From Nannocystis sp. RBIL2 (lineage in GTDB: Bacteria > Myxococcota_A > Polyangia > Nannocystales > Nannocystaceae), in the NCBI RefSeq assembly GCF_026626745.1, contig NZ_JAPNJW010000001.1:972311-1036310 (forward strand): a stretch of 64,000 nt of DNA. Reading direction: 5' to 3'. This document shows, piece after piece, positions 19,066-31,701 of the stretch. The notes beneath the pieces were generated by a model, which searched no databases, had not been told where the DNA came from, and saw only the letters and a list, made by a program, of their open reading frames with translations. The stretch's first letter is position 1. Every line of letters starts with the position of its first letter. Position numbers and translations under genes: made by a program.

Positions 19066-19878
19066 CTGCGCCAGCAGCCCGCGCAGCAGGCTGGCCACCT
19101 GGGGCTTGGCCGCGCGCGTGCGCTCCTGGACCTCTTCGTGGTTCAGGCCGACCTGGCTGGCCGCGTTGGTGACCACGCCGACGCCGCAGACCGCCGCGCC
19201 GTGGGCGGCGGCGAGGATCGCCTCGTAGGTCGTCGACATGCCGACGACCTGGCCGCCGAGCGAGCGCAGGGCCGCCGTCTCGGCCGGGGTCTCGTACTGC
19301 GGGCCGCGGGCGTGGGCATAGACCACCTCGGCCAGCTTGCTCGCGCCGAGCCCGGGGTCGATCGCCTGCAGGCGCGCGCGCAGGTGCGGGCTGTACAGCT
19401 GGCTCATGTCGATGAAGCGGGCGCCGACCAGCGGGGTCGGGCCGAACAGGTTCATCTGGTCCTTGAGCAGCACCACCTGGCCGGTGCGCAGCGCCGGGTC
19501 GAGCCCGCCGACGGCGCAGGTCAGGCACACCCCGCGGGCGCCGTTGGCCAGCATGGCCCACAGCGGCGCGGTGACGACGTTGATCGGGTGACCCTCGTAC
19601 GGGTGGATCCGGCCGGTCTGCACGCACACGCGCAGCTTGCCGACGGTGCCGAACACCAGCGCCGTGCCGTGGCCGGCCACCGTGGGCACCGGCAGGCCGA
19701 GGCCGCGCAGCGGGATCGAGCCCTCCACCGCCATCCCGAGCCCGTCGGGCCCGTCGCCGGCCATGCCGACGAAGCCGGAGCCGGACACCACGACCCAGTC
19801 GATCTTGGCGCCCTCGAGGCGTTCACGCAGGTGTTCGGCGGCGCGGTGGTAGTGCGGGTCTTCCGAGTGGAGCAGCAT
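19051..19878 (-). CDS. Purine nucleoside phosphorylase (PNP/MTAP family)
   Basis: PNP-UDP family motifs (GSGFVGMAGDG, VGMSTTYEAILAAAHGAAV, TNAAS). Confidence 0.8.
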   Translation of the reverse strand: MLLHSEDPHYHRAAEHLRERLEGAKIDWVVVSGSGFVGMAGDGPDGLGMAVEGSIPLRGLGLPVPTVAGHGTALVFGTVGKLRVCVQTGRIHPYEGHPINVVTAPLWAMLANGARGVCLTCAVGGLDPALRTGQVVLLKDQMNLFGPTPLVGARFIDMSQLYSPHLRARLQAIDPGLGASKLAEVVYAHARGPQYETPAETAALRSLGGQVVGMSTTYEAILAAAHGAAVCGVGVVTNAASQVGLNHEEVQERTRAAKPQVASLLRGLLAQSPVA

Positions 19879-19891
19879 GCAGAGCCAAGCT

Positions 19892-20938
19892 CTACAGGCT
19901 CATCACGGCCAGCACAACGCCGAGGGCGATGCCGATCGTCACGCCGATGCCGACCGCGATCATCGTCGTCCGCGTCGCCCCGCTCGGCGGCGAGCCGGGC
20001 GTCGTGCCGGGCGGCGTCTTCTTCTGCTCCTGCCGGATCTTCTCGCTGATCTCCTCGGGCGAGCGCAGCTCCACGTCGGCGTGACGCGGGGGCACCTGCC
20101 CGCCGAGGCGCTTCGAGATCTCGGTGAGGCCGACCTTGAGCTCCTCGAACGACGGGCGCACGTCGGGTCGGCGGCTCATCATGCGCCGGCACAGGTCGGA
20201 CAGCGCCTCGTCGAAGCCCTTGATCTCGTACTTGAGCTCGGGCCGCTCCGAACGCAGGTGGCGGCGCACCACCGCGGTGTAGTGGTCGTCCTGGCCGCCC
20301 TTGCGGAACGGCGGGTGACCGCTGCACATGTGAAACAGCGAGCAGCCGAGCGCATAGACGTCGGCGCGCGCGTCGACCTCCTTGCCCATCGCCTGCTCGG
20401 GCGCGAGGTAGTCGGGCGTGCCGACGAACACGCCGGTGGCGGTGATCGACAGGTCCTCTTGCAGCGCCTTGGCCAGGCCGAAGTCGGTCACCTTGACGAT
20501 GCCCGTCGACGTCACCACCAGGTTCGACGGCTTCACGTCGCGGTGTACGACGCCCACGCGCTGGGTCTCGGCGAGCCCGATCGCCGCCTGGCGGATGACC
20601 TCCGCCGCGTCGCCCGGGTGCAGCGCGCCCCGCTTCTTGAGCATCGCGCCGATGTCCTCGCCGTCGAGGAACTCCATCGCCAGGAAGGGCCGGTCCTCGT
20701 GCTCGCCGATGAAGTACACCGCCACCACGTTGGGGTGATTCATCTGCGCCAGGGCCTTGCCCTCGCGGAGGAACCGCGTCTTGAACTCCTCGGACTCGCG
20801 GTGCTTCTTGCCGAGGATCTTGATCGCCACCCGCCGGCCGAGACCGGCGTCGACGCCCTCATAGACCTCCCCCATGGCCCCTTTGCCGACGAGGCCTTTG
20901 ACCTTGTAGGGGCCGATCTGGGTCGGAACCGACGACAT
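19892..20938 (-). CDS. Ser/Thr protein kinase with C-terminal TM anchor
   Basis: Hanks kinase motifs GKGAMGEV, VAIK, HRDVKPSNL, DFG, APE. Confidence 0.85.
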   Translation of the reverse strand: MSSVPTQIGPYKVKGLVGKGAMGEVYEGVDAGLGRRVAIKILGKKHRESEEFKTRFLREGKALAQMNHPNVVAVYFIGEHEDRPFLAMEFLDGEDIGAMLKKRGALHPGDAAEVIRQAAIGLAETQRVGVVHRDVKPSNLVVTSTGIVKVTDFGLAKALQEDLSITATGVFVGTPDYLAPEQAMGKEVDARADVYALGCSLFHMCSGHPPFRKGGQDDHYTAVVRRHLRSERPELKYEIKGFDEALSDLCRRMMSRRPDVRPSFEELKVGLTEISKRLGGQVPPRHADVELRSPEEISEKIRQEQKKTPPGTTPGSPPSGATRTTMIAVGIGVTIGIALGVVLAVMSL

Positions 20939-21145
20939 CGCCCTCAGAACCTAGCACGGACCGCGCCGGCGCCGCTACGTTGCGACCAAACGGCCGCTGC
21001 AGGCCTTCCAGGCGATCCTGCGGGCGCCGCGGCCACCTCTCGGCGACGGCGCAGGCACCGGCGCGAACACCCGGCGAGGACCCTCACGGACCCACGCGAG
21101 CCCCCATGGCCGGAGGAGTCCGCCCGTCGGCCGCGGCCGCGCGCC

Positions 21146-22561
21146 TCAGTCGCGATGAAAGCCCGGCTCGGCCGGGTTTTCGAACCGCGTCATGTGCTTG
21201 ATGAACATCAGCGGGACCTCGCCGATCGGCCCGTTGCGCTGCTTGCCGATGATGATCTCGGCCTGGTTCTCGACCTTCTTCTTCTCGTCCTCGGTCGCGG
21301 CGTAGCGCTCGGCGCGGTAGATGAACATGATGACGTCCGCATCCTGCTCGATGGCGCCGGACTCGCGCAGGTCCGACAGCTGGGGCCGGTGATCGGCGCG
21401 GGTGTCGACCGCGCGGTTGAGCTGGGACAGCGCCAGGACGGGCATCCGCAGCTCTTTGGCCATCGCCTTGAGGCCGCGCGAGATCTCGCTGATCTCCTGC
21501 TCGCGCGAGTCGTAGCGGGACTTGCCGCCGCGCGCGAGCTGCAGGTAGTCGACGATGATCATCCCGAATTGGCCCTCGATGCCAGGGAAAATGCTCTTGT
21601 CGTCCTTGAAGCGGCGCGCACGCGCGCGCATCTCGAGGATCGACGGCGCCGCCTGGTCGTCGATGTAGAACTTGCTCTGGGCCATCCGCGACGCCGCGCT
21701 GGTCATGCGGATCCACTCTTCCTCGAGATAGTTGCCGGTGCGCAGCTTGCCCGCGTCGACGCGGGCCTCGGCACACAGCACGCGCTCGACCAGCTGGCTC
21801 GCGCCCATCTCGAGCGAGAAGAACAGCACCGGGTGCATCACCGGCTTCTCGCCGTCGGGCAGGCCGTCGAAGCGCTGCGGCATGATGCAGGCGCTCTGCG
21901 CCAGGTTGAGCACGAACGCGGTCTTGCCCATCGACGGGCGCGCCGCGATGATCACGAGGTCGCCCGGCTGCAGCCCGCCGGTCATGTGGTCGAGCTGCGT
22001 GAAGCCGGTGGGCACGCCGGTGATCGGGTTCTTCCGCTTGGCCCGCTCCGAGATCTGGTTGAACACCTGGATCAGCAGGTCGCGCGACGACACGTAGCCG
22101 GTCTTGCGCCCGCGCTCGTTGACCTCGAGCACCCGCTTCTCGGCCTGGTCGATGAACTCGTCCGGGCTCTCGAGGTCGCCCATCCCCTCTTCGGCGATCT
22201 CCTTGGTGACGACGACGAGGTTGCGGATGGTCGCCTGGCGCCGGACCATCTCCGCGTGGTGCGTGATGTTGCGGCTGGTCGCGTAGCGATCGGCGAGCCG
22301 CGTCAGCGCCTCGATGCCGCCGACCAGCTTGAGCTCGTCGCTGGCCCGCAGCTGCGCCTCGAGCGTGACCGTGTCGATCGGCTCGCGCTTCTCCGACAGC
22401 GCCCGCATGGCCCGAAACACGGCCTGGTGCGACGGGACGTAGAAGTCCTCCTCGCGCACCACGTCGAGCACGTCGAGCAGCGCCTGATCGCCGCGCAGGA
22501 TGATGCCGCCGAGGATCGCCGCCTCGGCCTCGCTGTTGTGCGGGAGAGTACGTCCAACCAT
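21146..22561 (-). CDS. dnaB: Replicative DNA helicase DnaB
   Basis: N-terminal DnaB domain; Walker A GKTAF in ARPSMGKTAF; full-length 471 aa. Confidence 0.95.
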   Translation of the reverse strand: MVGRTLPHNSEAEAAILGGIILRGDQALLDVLDVVREEDFYVPSHQAVFRAMRALSEKREPIDTVTLEAQLRASDELKLVGGIEALTRLADRYATSRNITHHAEMVRRQATIRNLVVVTKEIAEEGMGDLESPDEFIDQAEKRVLEVNERGRKTGYVSSRDLLIQVFNQISERAKRKNPITGVPTGFTQLDHMTGGLQPGDLVIIAARPSMGKTAFVLNLAQSACIMPQRFDGLPDGEKPVMHPVLFFSLEMGASQLVERVLCAEARVDAGKLRTGNYLEEEWIRMTSAASRMAQSKFYIDDQAAPSILEMRARARRFKDDKSIFPGIEGQFGMIIVDYLQLARGGKSRYDSREQEISEISRGLKAMAKELRMPVLALSQLNRAVDTRADHRPQLSDLRESGAIEQDADVIMFIYRAERYAATEDEKKKVENQAEIIIGKQRNGPIGEVPLMFIKHMTRFENPAEPGFHRD

Positions 22562-22630
22562 GGCCAGCCCCGGAGGATGCCCGAGCCGCGCGCCTCCTGT
22601 CGAGCACGCGTGCGGCGCGATGGACCCGTC

Positions 22631-23128
22631 CTAGTGCGACAGCGGGCCCGCCGGCAACCACGCGGCGGGCTTGCCGTCGCGGAACCCCGGCGGGCTCGAG
22701 CCGGGCGCGCCGAGCTGCAGACCCAGCTCCGTCAGCACCTCCCGCACGCGCCGCGCGCTCGGGTCGTCCGGCTTCCACTGCAGATGAGCGTCGAGCAGCC
22801 GCGAGAAGAATTCGCCGGTGTCGTCGGCGACATGGAGGAGCGCGTCCTCCTCGTGATCCCACAGCACCCACGGCATGCCGATCGTGCGCAGCACCTTCGG
22901 TTCGACGTAGAAGCCGAACGCGTTGCCGGCGCCATCCATGGCGACGACGATGAAGTTCGGCGCGTGGCAGTCGAGCTCGTCGGCGAGCATCGGCATCGGC
23001 TGGAACGACACCCGATCGAGGTCGAGGCGGAATTGCGGGTCGGCGTCGGCGCGGGCCAAGACGGCGCGGATCGCCTCGTCCGGCGGCAGACCGAGCGCGT
23101 CGTAGTCGGCGAGGTAGCGGCGTTCCAT
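22631..23128 (-). CDS. Hypothetical protein, possibly SMI1/KNR4 (SUKH-1)-like
   Basis: ATG at 23128 (MERRYLADYDALG); Trp/acidic-rich composition. The ORF track extension to 23272 is Arg/Ala-rich and unlikely. Confidence 0.45.
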   Translation of the reverse strand: MERRYLADYDALGLPPDEAIRAVLARADADPQFRLDLDRVSFQPMPMLADELDCHAPNFIVVAMDGAGNAFGFYVEPKVLRTIGMPWVLWDHEEDALLHVADDTGEFFSRLLDAHLQWKPDDPSARRVREVLTELGLQLGAPGSSPPGFRDGKPAAWLPAGPLSH

Positions 23129-23174
23129 CCGCTCCACCCTTTCACGCCGCGGCCCATCGTGGCAAGGTGACCGC

Positions 23175-23411
23175 ATGCGCCTCGCCCTCGTCGCCCTCGC
23201 CGCCCTCGCGCTGTCCGCCTGCGCCGGCAAGCTGGAGAAAGTCACGCGCACCCAGGCCGCCGCCGACTTCAAGTGCGACGCCGAGAAGCTGAAGGTCCGC
23301 GGCGACGAGGTCTACGGCAAGTACCACGTCGCCGGCTGCGGTCAGAAGGGCGTCTACTCGGCCCAGTGCCTCATGGGCGACTGCAGCGCCCAGCGCCTCC
23401 AGGGCGAGTAG
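23175..23411 (+). CDS. Small Cys-rich lipoprotein
   Basis: Signal peptide plus lipobox ALSAC; 78 aa. Confidence 0.5.
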   Translation: MRLALVALAALALSACAGKLEKVTRTQAAADFKCDAEKLKVRGDEVYGKYHVAGCGQKGVYSAQCLMGDCSAQRLQGE

Positions 23412-23445
23412 CCGTCCGCCGCGGTCGTCCGCGGCCCGAAAGAAA

Positions 23446-23486
23446 GCGACGAGGGGCCCGCATCGCGGACCCCTCGCTCTTCATTC
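23446..23486. terminator. GC-rich hairpin between convergent genes (lipoprotein / rplI)
   Basis: CGAGGGG-N13-CCCCTCG followed by CTCTTCATTC. Confidence 0.4.
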
Positions 23487-23525
23487 ACACGCACGCGGCC
23501 GACCCGTGACGGGCCGGCTCGGCGT

Positions 23526-23972
23526 TCACACGCCGACCACGTTGACGCGGATCGTCTCGGTGATGTCGCCGCTGAAGCGCACCGGGACCTCGTAGGTGCC
23601 GATGTTCTTGAACGGCTCGTCGAGCTTGATCAGCTTGCGGTCGATCGTGATGTTCTGGTTGGCCAGCGCCTCGGCGATGTCCTTGGTGGACACCGAGCCG
23701 AACAGCTTGCCCTCGCCGCCCTTCTTGCGGGCGATCGAGACCGACACGCCCTTGAGCTTCTGCGCCATCGCCTTGTGCTCGGCGAGGACGCGCGCCTGCT
23801 CGGCGGCGATCAGGCGCTTCTGGTGCTCGAGCTGGGCGATGTTGCCGCGGGTGGCGGCGAGCGCCAGCCCGCGCGGGATGAGGTAGTTGCGGCCGTAACC
23901 CGGGCGCACCTTGACCACCTCGCCGGCGCGGCCGAGACCGGGGACGTCGCTGCGGAGGATGAGTTCCAACAT
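23526..23972 (-). CDS. rplI: 50S ribosomal protein L9
   Basis: MLELILRSDVPGLGRAGEVVKVRPGYGRNYLIPRG signature. Confidence 0.9.
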   Translation of the reverse strand: MLELILRSDVPGLGRAGEVVKVRPGYGRNYLIPRGLALAATRGNIAQLEHQKRLIAAEQARVLAEHKAMAQKLKGVSVSIARKKGGEGKLFGSVSTKDIAEALANQNITIDRKLIKLDEPFKNIGTYEVPVRFSGDITETIRVNVVGV

Positions 23973-24000
23973 GAGCGAAAAACCTTTCTGTCCTCGAAGG

Positions 24001-24240
24001 TCAGGCCACCGTGTACGGCAGCAGCGCCAGCATGCGCGCGCGCTTGACCGCCTTGGTGATCTGGCGCTGCTGCTTGGCCGTCACGCCGGAGATCCGGGCC
24101 GGGACGATCTTGCCGCGATCCGTGAGGAAGGCGCGCAGCAGCTGCGGGTTCTTGTAGTCGATGACCAGGGTCTTGTCGCTGGCGAGCAGCGAAGCACGGC
24201 TGGCCTTGCTCGGCCGGGATGAAGTCTTCTCGTCGCTCAT
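24001..24240 (-). CDS. rpsR: 30S ribosomal protein S18
   Basis: [44 protein letters not shown] signature. Confidence 0.9.
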   Translation of the reverse strand: MSDEKTSSRPSKASRASLLASDKTLVIDYKNPQLLRAFLTDRGKIVPARISGVTAKQQRQITKAVKRARMLALLPYTVA

Positions 24241-24243
24241 GGC

Positions 24244-24744
24244 TTAGCGCCTCCTCTCTTCGTCGTCGCCGTCGTCGTCCGAGAACACGCGGTCCTCTTC
24301 CTCGCGCACCGGCTCGGGCTGCGGCTCCGGCTCCGGCGGCGGCTCGGCCACCGCCTGCAGCAGGTCCTCGGTCATCTCCGAGGGCCGCGCGTCGGGGTCG
24401 ACGTCGTCCTCGACCCGCACCGTGTAGTAGCGGAGCACGGACTCCGCGATCTGCAGGTTGCGCTCGAACTCGTGGACGATGTCGGAGCCGCCGAGGAAGC
24501 GCCAGTAGAGGTAGATGCCGGTCGGCGAGCGCTTGATCGGGAAGGCCAGCGTACGGCTGCCCCAGTTCTCGATCTTGATCAGGCGCGCGCTGTACTTCTC
24601 GAACACGCCCTGCATCTTGTTGACGAGCTCGAGGATCCCGGTCTTGTTGACGTTGGGCCGAAGGATGATGACGGTCTCGTACTCGCGCTTCGTACCCTTG
24701 CGCGACTGGACCGAGACGACCTGGCCGACTGTATTTTCGGACAT
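24244..24744 (-). CDS. rpsF: 30S ribosomal protein S6 with acidic C-terminal tail
   Basis: YETVIILRP...[13 protein letters not shown] signature; directly followed by rpsR with no ssb between them. Confidence 0.9.
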   Translation of the reverse strand: MSENTVGQVVSVQSRKGTKREYETVIILRPNVNKTGILELVNKMQGVFEKYSARLIKIENWGSRTLAFPIKRSPTGIYLYWRFLGGSDIVHEFERNLQIAESVLRYYTVRVEDDVDPDARPSEMTEDLLQAVAEPPPEPEPQPEPVREEEDRVFSDDDGDDEERRR

Positions 24745-24844
24745 GTAAGTCTCCTTGTGGACTTGCTGGCCCCCACCACGGGAGCAAGGAGAAGGCCCCG
24801 GAGGGCCTCGCCGTCCGCCGCCCCCAGCAGCCGGATGGCTGTCG

Positions 24845-24887
24845 GGACAAAAAGCGAACGGCCCGCCCGGAACATCCGGACGGGCCG
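24845..24887 (-). terminator. Intrinsic terminator downstream of hppA
   Basis: On the minus strand, hairpin CGGCCCGTCCGG-ATGTT-CCGGGCGGGCCG followed by TTCGCTTTTTG. Confidence 0.55.
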
Positions 24888-24938
24888 CGAGGTGTACCCC
24901 CGAACGCGTCCCCCTGCAAGGGGGCCGCGGGGCCTAAA

Positions 24939-27158
<2,220 letters not shown>

Positions 27159-27227
27159 GGGGGGAGTCCTTTACTCGGGCCCGAAGGGGCCGGGAACTGA
27201 GATGGGAGAGCTGGCGAGGCGCCAGGG

Positions 27228-27806
27228 TCAGGTGGTGTTGAACTTGTTCATCGCCGTGACCACGCCTTCACGGGTCACGCAGGTGATCGCCGCCACGGCG
27301 CGCTCGAGCAGGTCGTCGACGACCTGGCCCTCGTCGGGCCGGAAGTCGGACAGCACGTGATCGGCGACCTCGCCGTGCACGGGCCTGCCGACGCCGAGGC
27401 GGATCCGCAGGAAGTCGCCGTTGCCGAGCAGCTGCAGGATGTCACGCAGGCCATTGTGCCCCCCGTGACCCCCGCCCTTCTTCACTGCGAGGCGACCGAG
27501 CTGAAAGTCGACCTCGTCGTGGACGACGAGGAGCTGCGCCGGCGGCACGCGCAGGAACTGAGCGGCCGGGACGACGCTCTGGCCGGACCGGTTCATGAAG
27601 GTCTGCGGCTTCAAGGCCACGACGCGCGAAGAGCCGGTGCCGATGGTGGCGACTTGCGCCTTCCACTTCTCGGACCAGCTCGGCGAGCTCGTGGCCTTGT
27701 CGCACCAGGCGTCGACCGCCATGAAGCCGATGTTGTGGCGCGTGCGCGCGTACCGGGCCCCGGGGTTCCCGAGGCCCACGAGGAGCCATGGCACCTGGTC
27801 GGCCAT
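27228..27806 (-). CDS. pth: Peptidyl-tRNA hydrolase
   Basis: LLVGLGNPG ... TRHNIGF ... GHNGLRD motifs. Confidence 0.9.
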   Translation of the reverse strand: MADQVPWLLVGLGNPGARYARTRHNIGFMAVDAWCDKATSSPSWSEKWKAQVATIGTGSSRVVALKPQTFMNRSGQSVVPAAQFLRVPPAQLLVVHDEVDFQLGRLAVKKGGGHGGHNGLRDILQLLGNGDFLRIRLGVGRPVHGEVADHVLSDFRPDEGQVVDDLLERAVAAITCVTREGVVTAMNKFNTT

Positions 27807-27838
27807 CTGCGCGCGCCCTCAACATCGGCGGTGGAGGC

Positions 27839-28531
27839 TCACTTCTTCTTGGCGTCCTTCGCCGGAGCGGCGGCCGCCTTGGCCGGAGCGGCCTTGGCCG
27901 GAGCAGCCTTGCCAGCGGCCGGCTTCTTGCCGGCAGCAGCATCGGCGCCCTCTTCCGCCTTGGTCTTGGCGGCCTCGACGAGGACGAGCGGGATGTTCGG
28001 GTTGTCGAGCAGGCGGCCCTCCGGGAACTTCACGTCGCGCACGCGCAGCGTCTGCCCGCCCTCGAGCGGCGTCACGTCGACGACGAAGCTGGTCGGGACG
28101 TCGGCCGGCTTGACCGCCACGCGGATCTGCCGGGCGATCGTCTTCAGCGTACCGCCGACGGCCACGCCGGCCGCGCGGCCCGTGAACTCGAGCGGCAGCT
28201 TGACCTCGAGCTCGCGGTTCGGGTCGACGCGCAGGAAGTCGACGTGCAGGACGTCGTCGCGGACCAGGTCGAGCTGGCGGTCGACGATGATGCACGACTC
28301 GACGCGGTCGGCCTTGCCCTCTTCCTGGACACGGACGGCAAACCAGGTGTTGCGCTTGCGGGCCGGATCGACGGCCTTGCGCAGGACCAGCGGGTCGATG
28401 GCGATCGACAGGTGCTCGCCGCCGTGGCCGTAGATCACGCCGGGGACCTTGCCGGACGCGCGGAGCTTGTGGGCGGCGCCCTTGCCGGTGCCCGTGCGGA
28501 CCTGGACCGTGATTTCGCGTTGCTGATTCAT
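27839..28531 (-). CDS. rplY: 50S ribosomal protein L25 / general stress protein Ctc, with Ala/Lys-rich tail
   Basis: ATG at 28531 (MNQQREITVQVRTGTGKGAAHKLRASGKVPGVIYG); the ORF track start at 28606 is unlikely. Confidence 0.85.
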   Translation of the reverse strand: MNQQREITVQVRTGTGKGAAHKLRASGKVPGVIYGHGGEHLSIAIDPLVLRKAVDPARKRNTWFAVRVQEEGKADRVESCIIVDRQLDLVRDDVLHVDFLRVDPNRELEVKLPLEFTGRAAGVAVGGTLKTIARQIRVAVKPADVPTSFVVDVTPLEGGQTLRVRDVKFPEGRLLDNPNIPLVLVEAAKTKAEEGADAAAGKKPAAGKAAPAKAAPAKAAAAPAKDAKKK

Positions 28532-28651
28532 GGTGATTGTCTCGCTTCTCTCGTCGGGTCCCTTGTTCGGGACCCTTGTCTCGCCGCCGGGTGGGAGCCA
28601 CACCATCGGGCTCGCCGCCGGTTGGGCAGAGGTCGTGCTCGTCGGCCTGCG

Positions 28652-29599
<948 letters not shown>

Positions 29600-29633
29600 G
29601 CGCGGGTCCTCGGTCGAAGGTCAGCGGAGAGAA

Positions 29634-29705
29634 TTGGGGCGGTAGGATTCGAACCTACGAATGGCGGAACCAAAAACCGCTGGCTTACCACTTGCCGACG
29701 CCCCA
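29634..29705 (-). tRNA. tRNA-Gln (anticodon TTG)
   Basis: Manual fold: acceptor UGGGGCG/CGCCCCA, T-arm GTAGG-TTCGAAT-CCTAC, anticodon loop UUUUGGU (UUG). Closely parallels E. coli tRNA-Gln. No encoded CCA. It sits in the conserved tRNA-Gln/prs/rplY/pth neighbourhood. Confidence 0.8.
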
Positions 29706-29714
29706 GAATTTGTT

Positions 29715-29770
29715 CGGCCCGGTGAGGCCGGGCCCTGCAGGTCCCGAAGGACTGGGCCCGAAGGACTGGG
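29715..29770. repeat. 15-bp tandem repeat (GGGCCCGAAGGACTG x ~2.5) upstream of tRNA-Gln
   Basis: ...gtcccgaaggactgggcccgaaggactgggcccgaagaattgccc; preceded by the hairpin ggcccggtgaggccgggcc (29710-29728). Confidence 0.5.
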
Positions 29771-30204
29771 CCCGAAGAATTGCCCGTGCTCTGGGGATCG
29801 CAGGAACGCCCCCCAGGGCGCGCGCTTTATAGGATTAGCCCAAAGGCGCTGTCAACCGTCCCACCAGCGCCGAACCCGACATCCGGGCGCAGGGGCCACG
29901 TCGGACGGGTCACACGGCGGCGTCTCGCGGCGGCACCTCGCGGCGGCACCTCTTCTGGCGCCTCCTGCGCCTGCCCCTGACGACCTGGTCTGAGGGCCCG
30001 GCGGATGGTGCGGTGAATTGGGGGTCCGAGGCCCGGTCCCGCGTCGCGGACGTCCGGCGAATCTCGTGAGTTCTCTTGCTCGGCAGCGGGGCACAACTCG
30101 GGTGGGATCGTGGGTCTGGGGCCCGTGCGAGGGTCCCGCTTTGTCCCACAGCCACCTTTACCCGTGTGCTAGGTTGCGGGCCTCGCAGGAGACGACCAAT
30201 TCCC

Positions 30205-31668
30205 ATGTCGCCCACGCTGAAGTCTCACGGACGATCGCGCCGAGCCCTCGCCGGCCGCGCCGGACGCACCCTCGCCCTGTTCACCCTCTGCGGCGGCCTG
30301 TCGATCTCGCCGATCGCCGCTGACGCCGCGCCGGCGGCGGATCCTGCGCCTGCCAAGACCGCGGCCAAGAAGCCGGCCAAGGGCGGTCTCGGCTTCGACC
30401 TGCCGATCCAGGAGTTCTCGCTCGCCAACGGCCTGCGCGTCTACGTGGTCGAGGATCACTCGACCCCGGCCTTCAACATGACGCTGCTGTACGACGTCGG
30501 CTCGCGCGACGAGGTCCAGGGCCGCACCGGCTTCGCCCACCTGTTCGAGCACATGATGTTCGAGGGCAGCAAGAACGTGCCGCCGATGGGCCACCTCACC
30601 TTCGTGCAGCGCGTCGGCGGCAACAACAACGCCGGCACCAGCTACGACATGACGCTCTACTACAACAACCTGCCGAGCCAGTACCTCGAGCTCGGGTTGT
30701 GGCTGGAGGCCGATCGTCTGCGCTCGCTCGAGATCACCGACGCCAACTTCGAGAACCAGCGCTCGGCCGTGAAGGAAGAGAAGGCCATGCGCATGGACAA
30801 CGTGCCGTACTCGGCCGCCGTCCAGAAGTGGCTGTCGGCCGCGTGGGCCGGCACCGGCTACGGCCACGAGGTCATCGGCAGCCTCGAGGACCTCAACGCC
30901 GCCAAGACCCCGGACGTGCAGGCGTTCTTCGACAAGTACTACGCGCCCAACAACGCGGTGCTGGTGTTCGTCGGCGACGTCGAGTTCAACGACCTCAAGA
31001 CCAAGGTCGAGAAGTACTTCGGCGACATCAAGAAGGGTCCGGACCGCACGCCCACCGCGATCGGCCAGGTCGACCGCAGCAAGCCGATGGAGACCGTCGT
31101 CGAGGATCCGCTGGCCCAGCAGTCGCTGTTCCTGCTCGGCTGGCACACCGTCGGCGCCAACCACCCCGACCGCTACGCCCTCGACCTGCTCGGCAACATC
31201 CTGCTGGTCGGCGAGTCGGCGCGCATCCCGAAGATCCTGCAGGACGAGAAGAAGCTGACCGCCTTCAGCGGCGGCACCCACTTCGCCCAGCGCGACGTCG
31301 GCCTGGTGTTCGTCCAGGCCCTGCCGAACAAGGACGTCAAGTTCGACGCGATCAAGCAGGTCGTGCGCGACGAGGTCGCCAAGATCCAGAAGAGCGGCAT
31401 CACCGCCAAGGAGCTGCAGAAGGCGATCAACAAGAAGGTCATGGACACGGTCGAGACGCTGGCCACCAACGCCGGCCGCGCCGGCGAGATCGCCCAGGGC
31501 GCCCTGTTCCACAACGACCCCAAGCACATCCTCACCGACCTGGACAAGTACCAGCAGGTCAAGCCCGCCGACATCAAGCGGGTCGCCACCGAGTACCTGG
31601 GCGCCAACTGGCTGACCCTCGAGATCAACCCCGGTTCGACCGGCGCGCCGATGATGGGCCCCGGCTGA
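30205..31668 (+). CDS. M16 family zinc metallopeptidase (insulinase-like, active subunit) with signal peptide
   Basis: HxxEH motif HLFEHMMFEG; ATG at 30205 (MSPTLKSHGRSRRALAGRAGRTLALFTLCGG). The ORF track start at 30076 is unlikely. Confidence 0.85.
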   Translation: MSPTLKSHGRSRRALAGRAGRTLALFTLCGGLSISPIAADAAPAADPAPAKTAAKKPAKGGLGFDLPIQEFSLANGLRVYVVEDHSTPAFNMTLLYDVGSRDEVQGRTGFAHLFEHMMFEGSKNVPPMGHLTFVQRVGGNNNAGTSYDMTLYYNNLPSQYLELGLWLEADRLRSLEITDANFENQRSAVKEEKAMRMDNVPYSAAVQKWLSAAWAGTGYGHEVIGSLEDLNAAKTPDVQAFFDKYYAPNNAVLVFVGDVEFNDLKTKVEKYFGDIKKGPDRTPTAIGQVDRSKPMETVVEDPLAQQSLFLLGWHTVGANHPDRYALDLLGNILLVGESARIPKILQDEKKLTAFSGGTHFAQRDVGLVFVQALPNKDVKFDAIKQVVRDEVAKIQKSGITAKELQKAINKKVMDTVETLATNAGRAGEIAQGALFHNDPKHILTDLDKYQQVKPADIKRVATEYLGANWLTLEINPGSTGAPMMGPG

Positions 31669-31701
31669 CAGCGCTGACCTCAAGGACAGGAGCCAACGAC
31701 C

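Noticed and set aside
18142-20049. 635-aa plus-strand ORF
   Set aside because: Ser/Ala/Arg-rich junk, antisense to the PNP gene and the ALDH-like gene, which have recognisable motifs.
19877-23170. 1097-aa plus-strand ORF
   Set aside because: Antisense to the Ser/Thr kinase and DnaB, both unambiguous; the composition is Arg/Ala/Glu/Leu junk.
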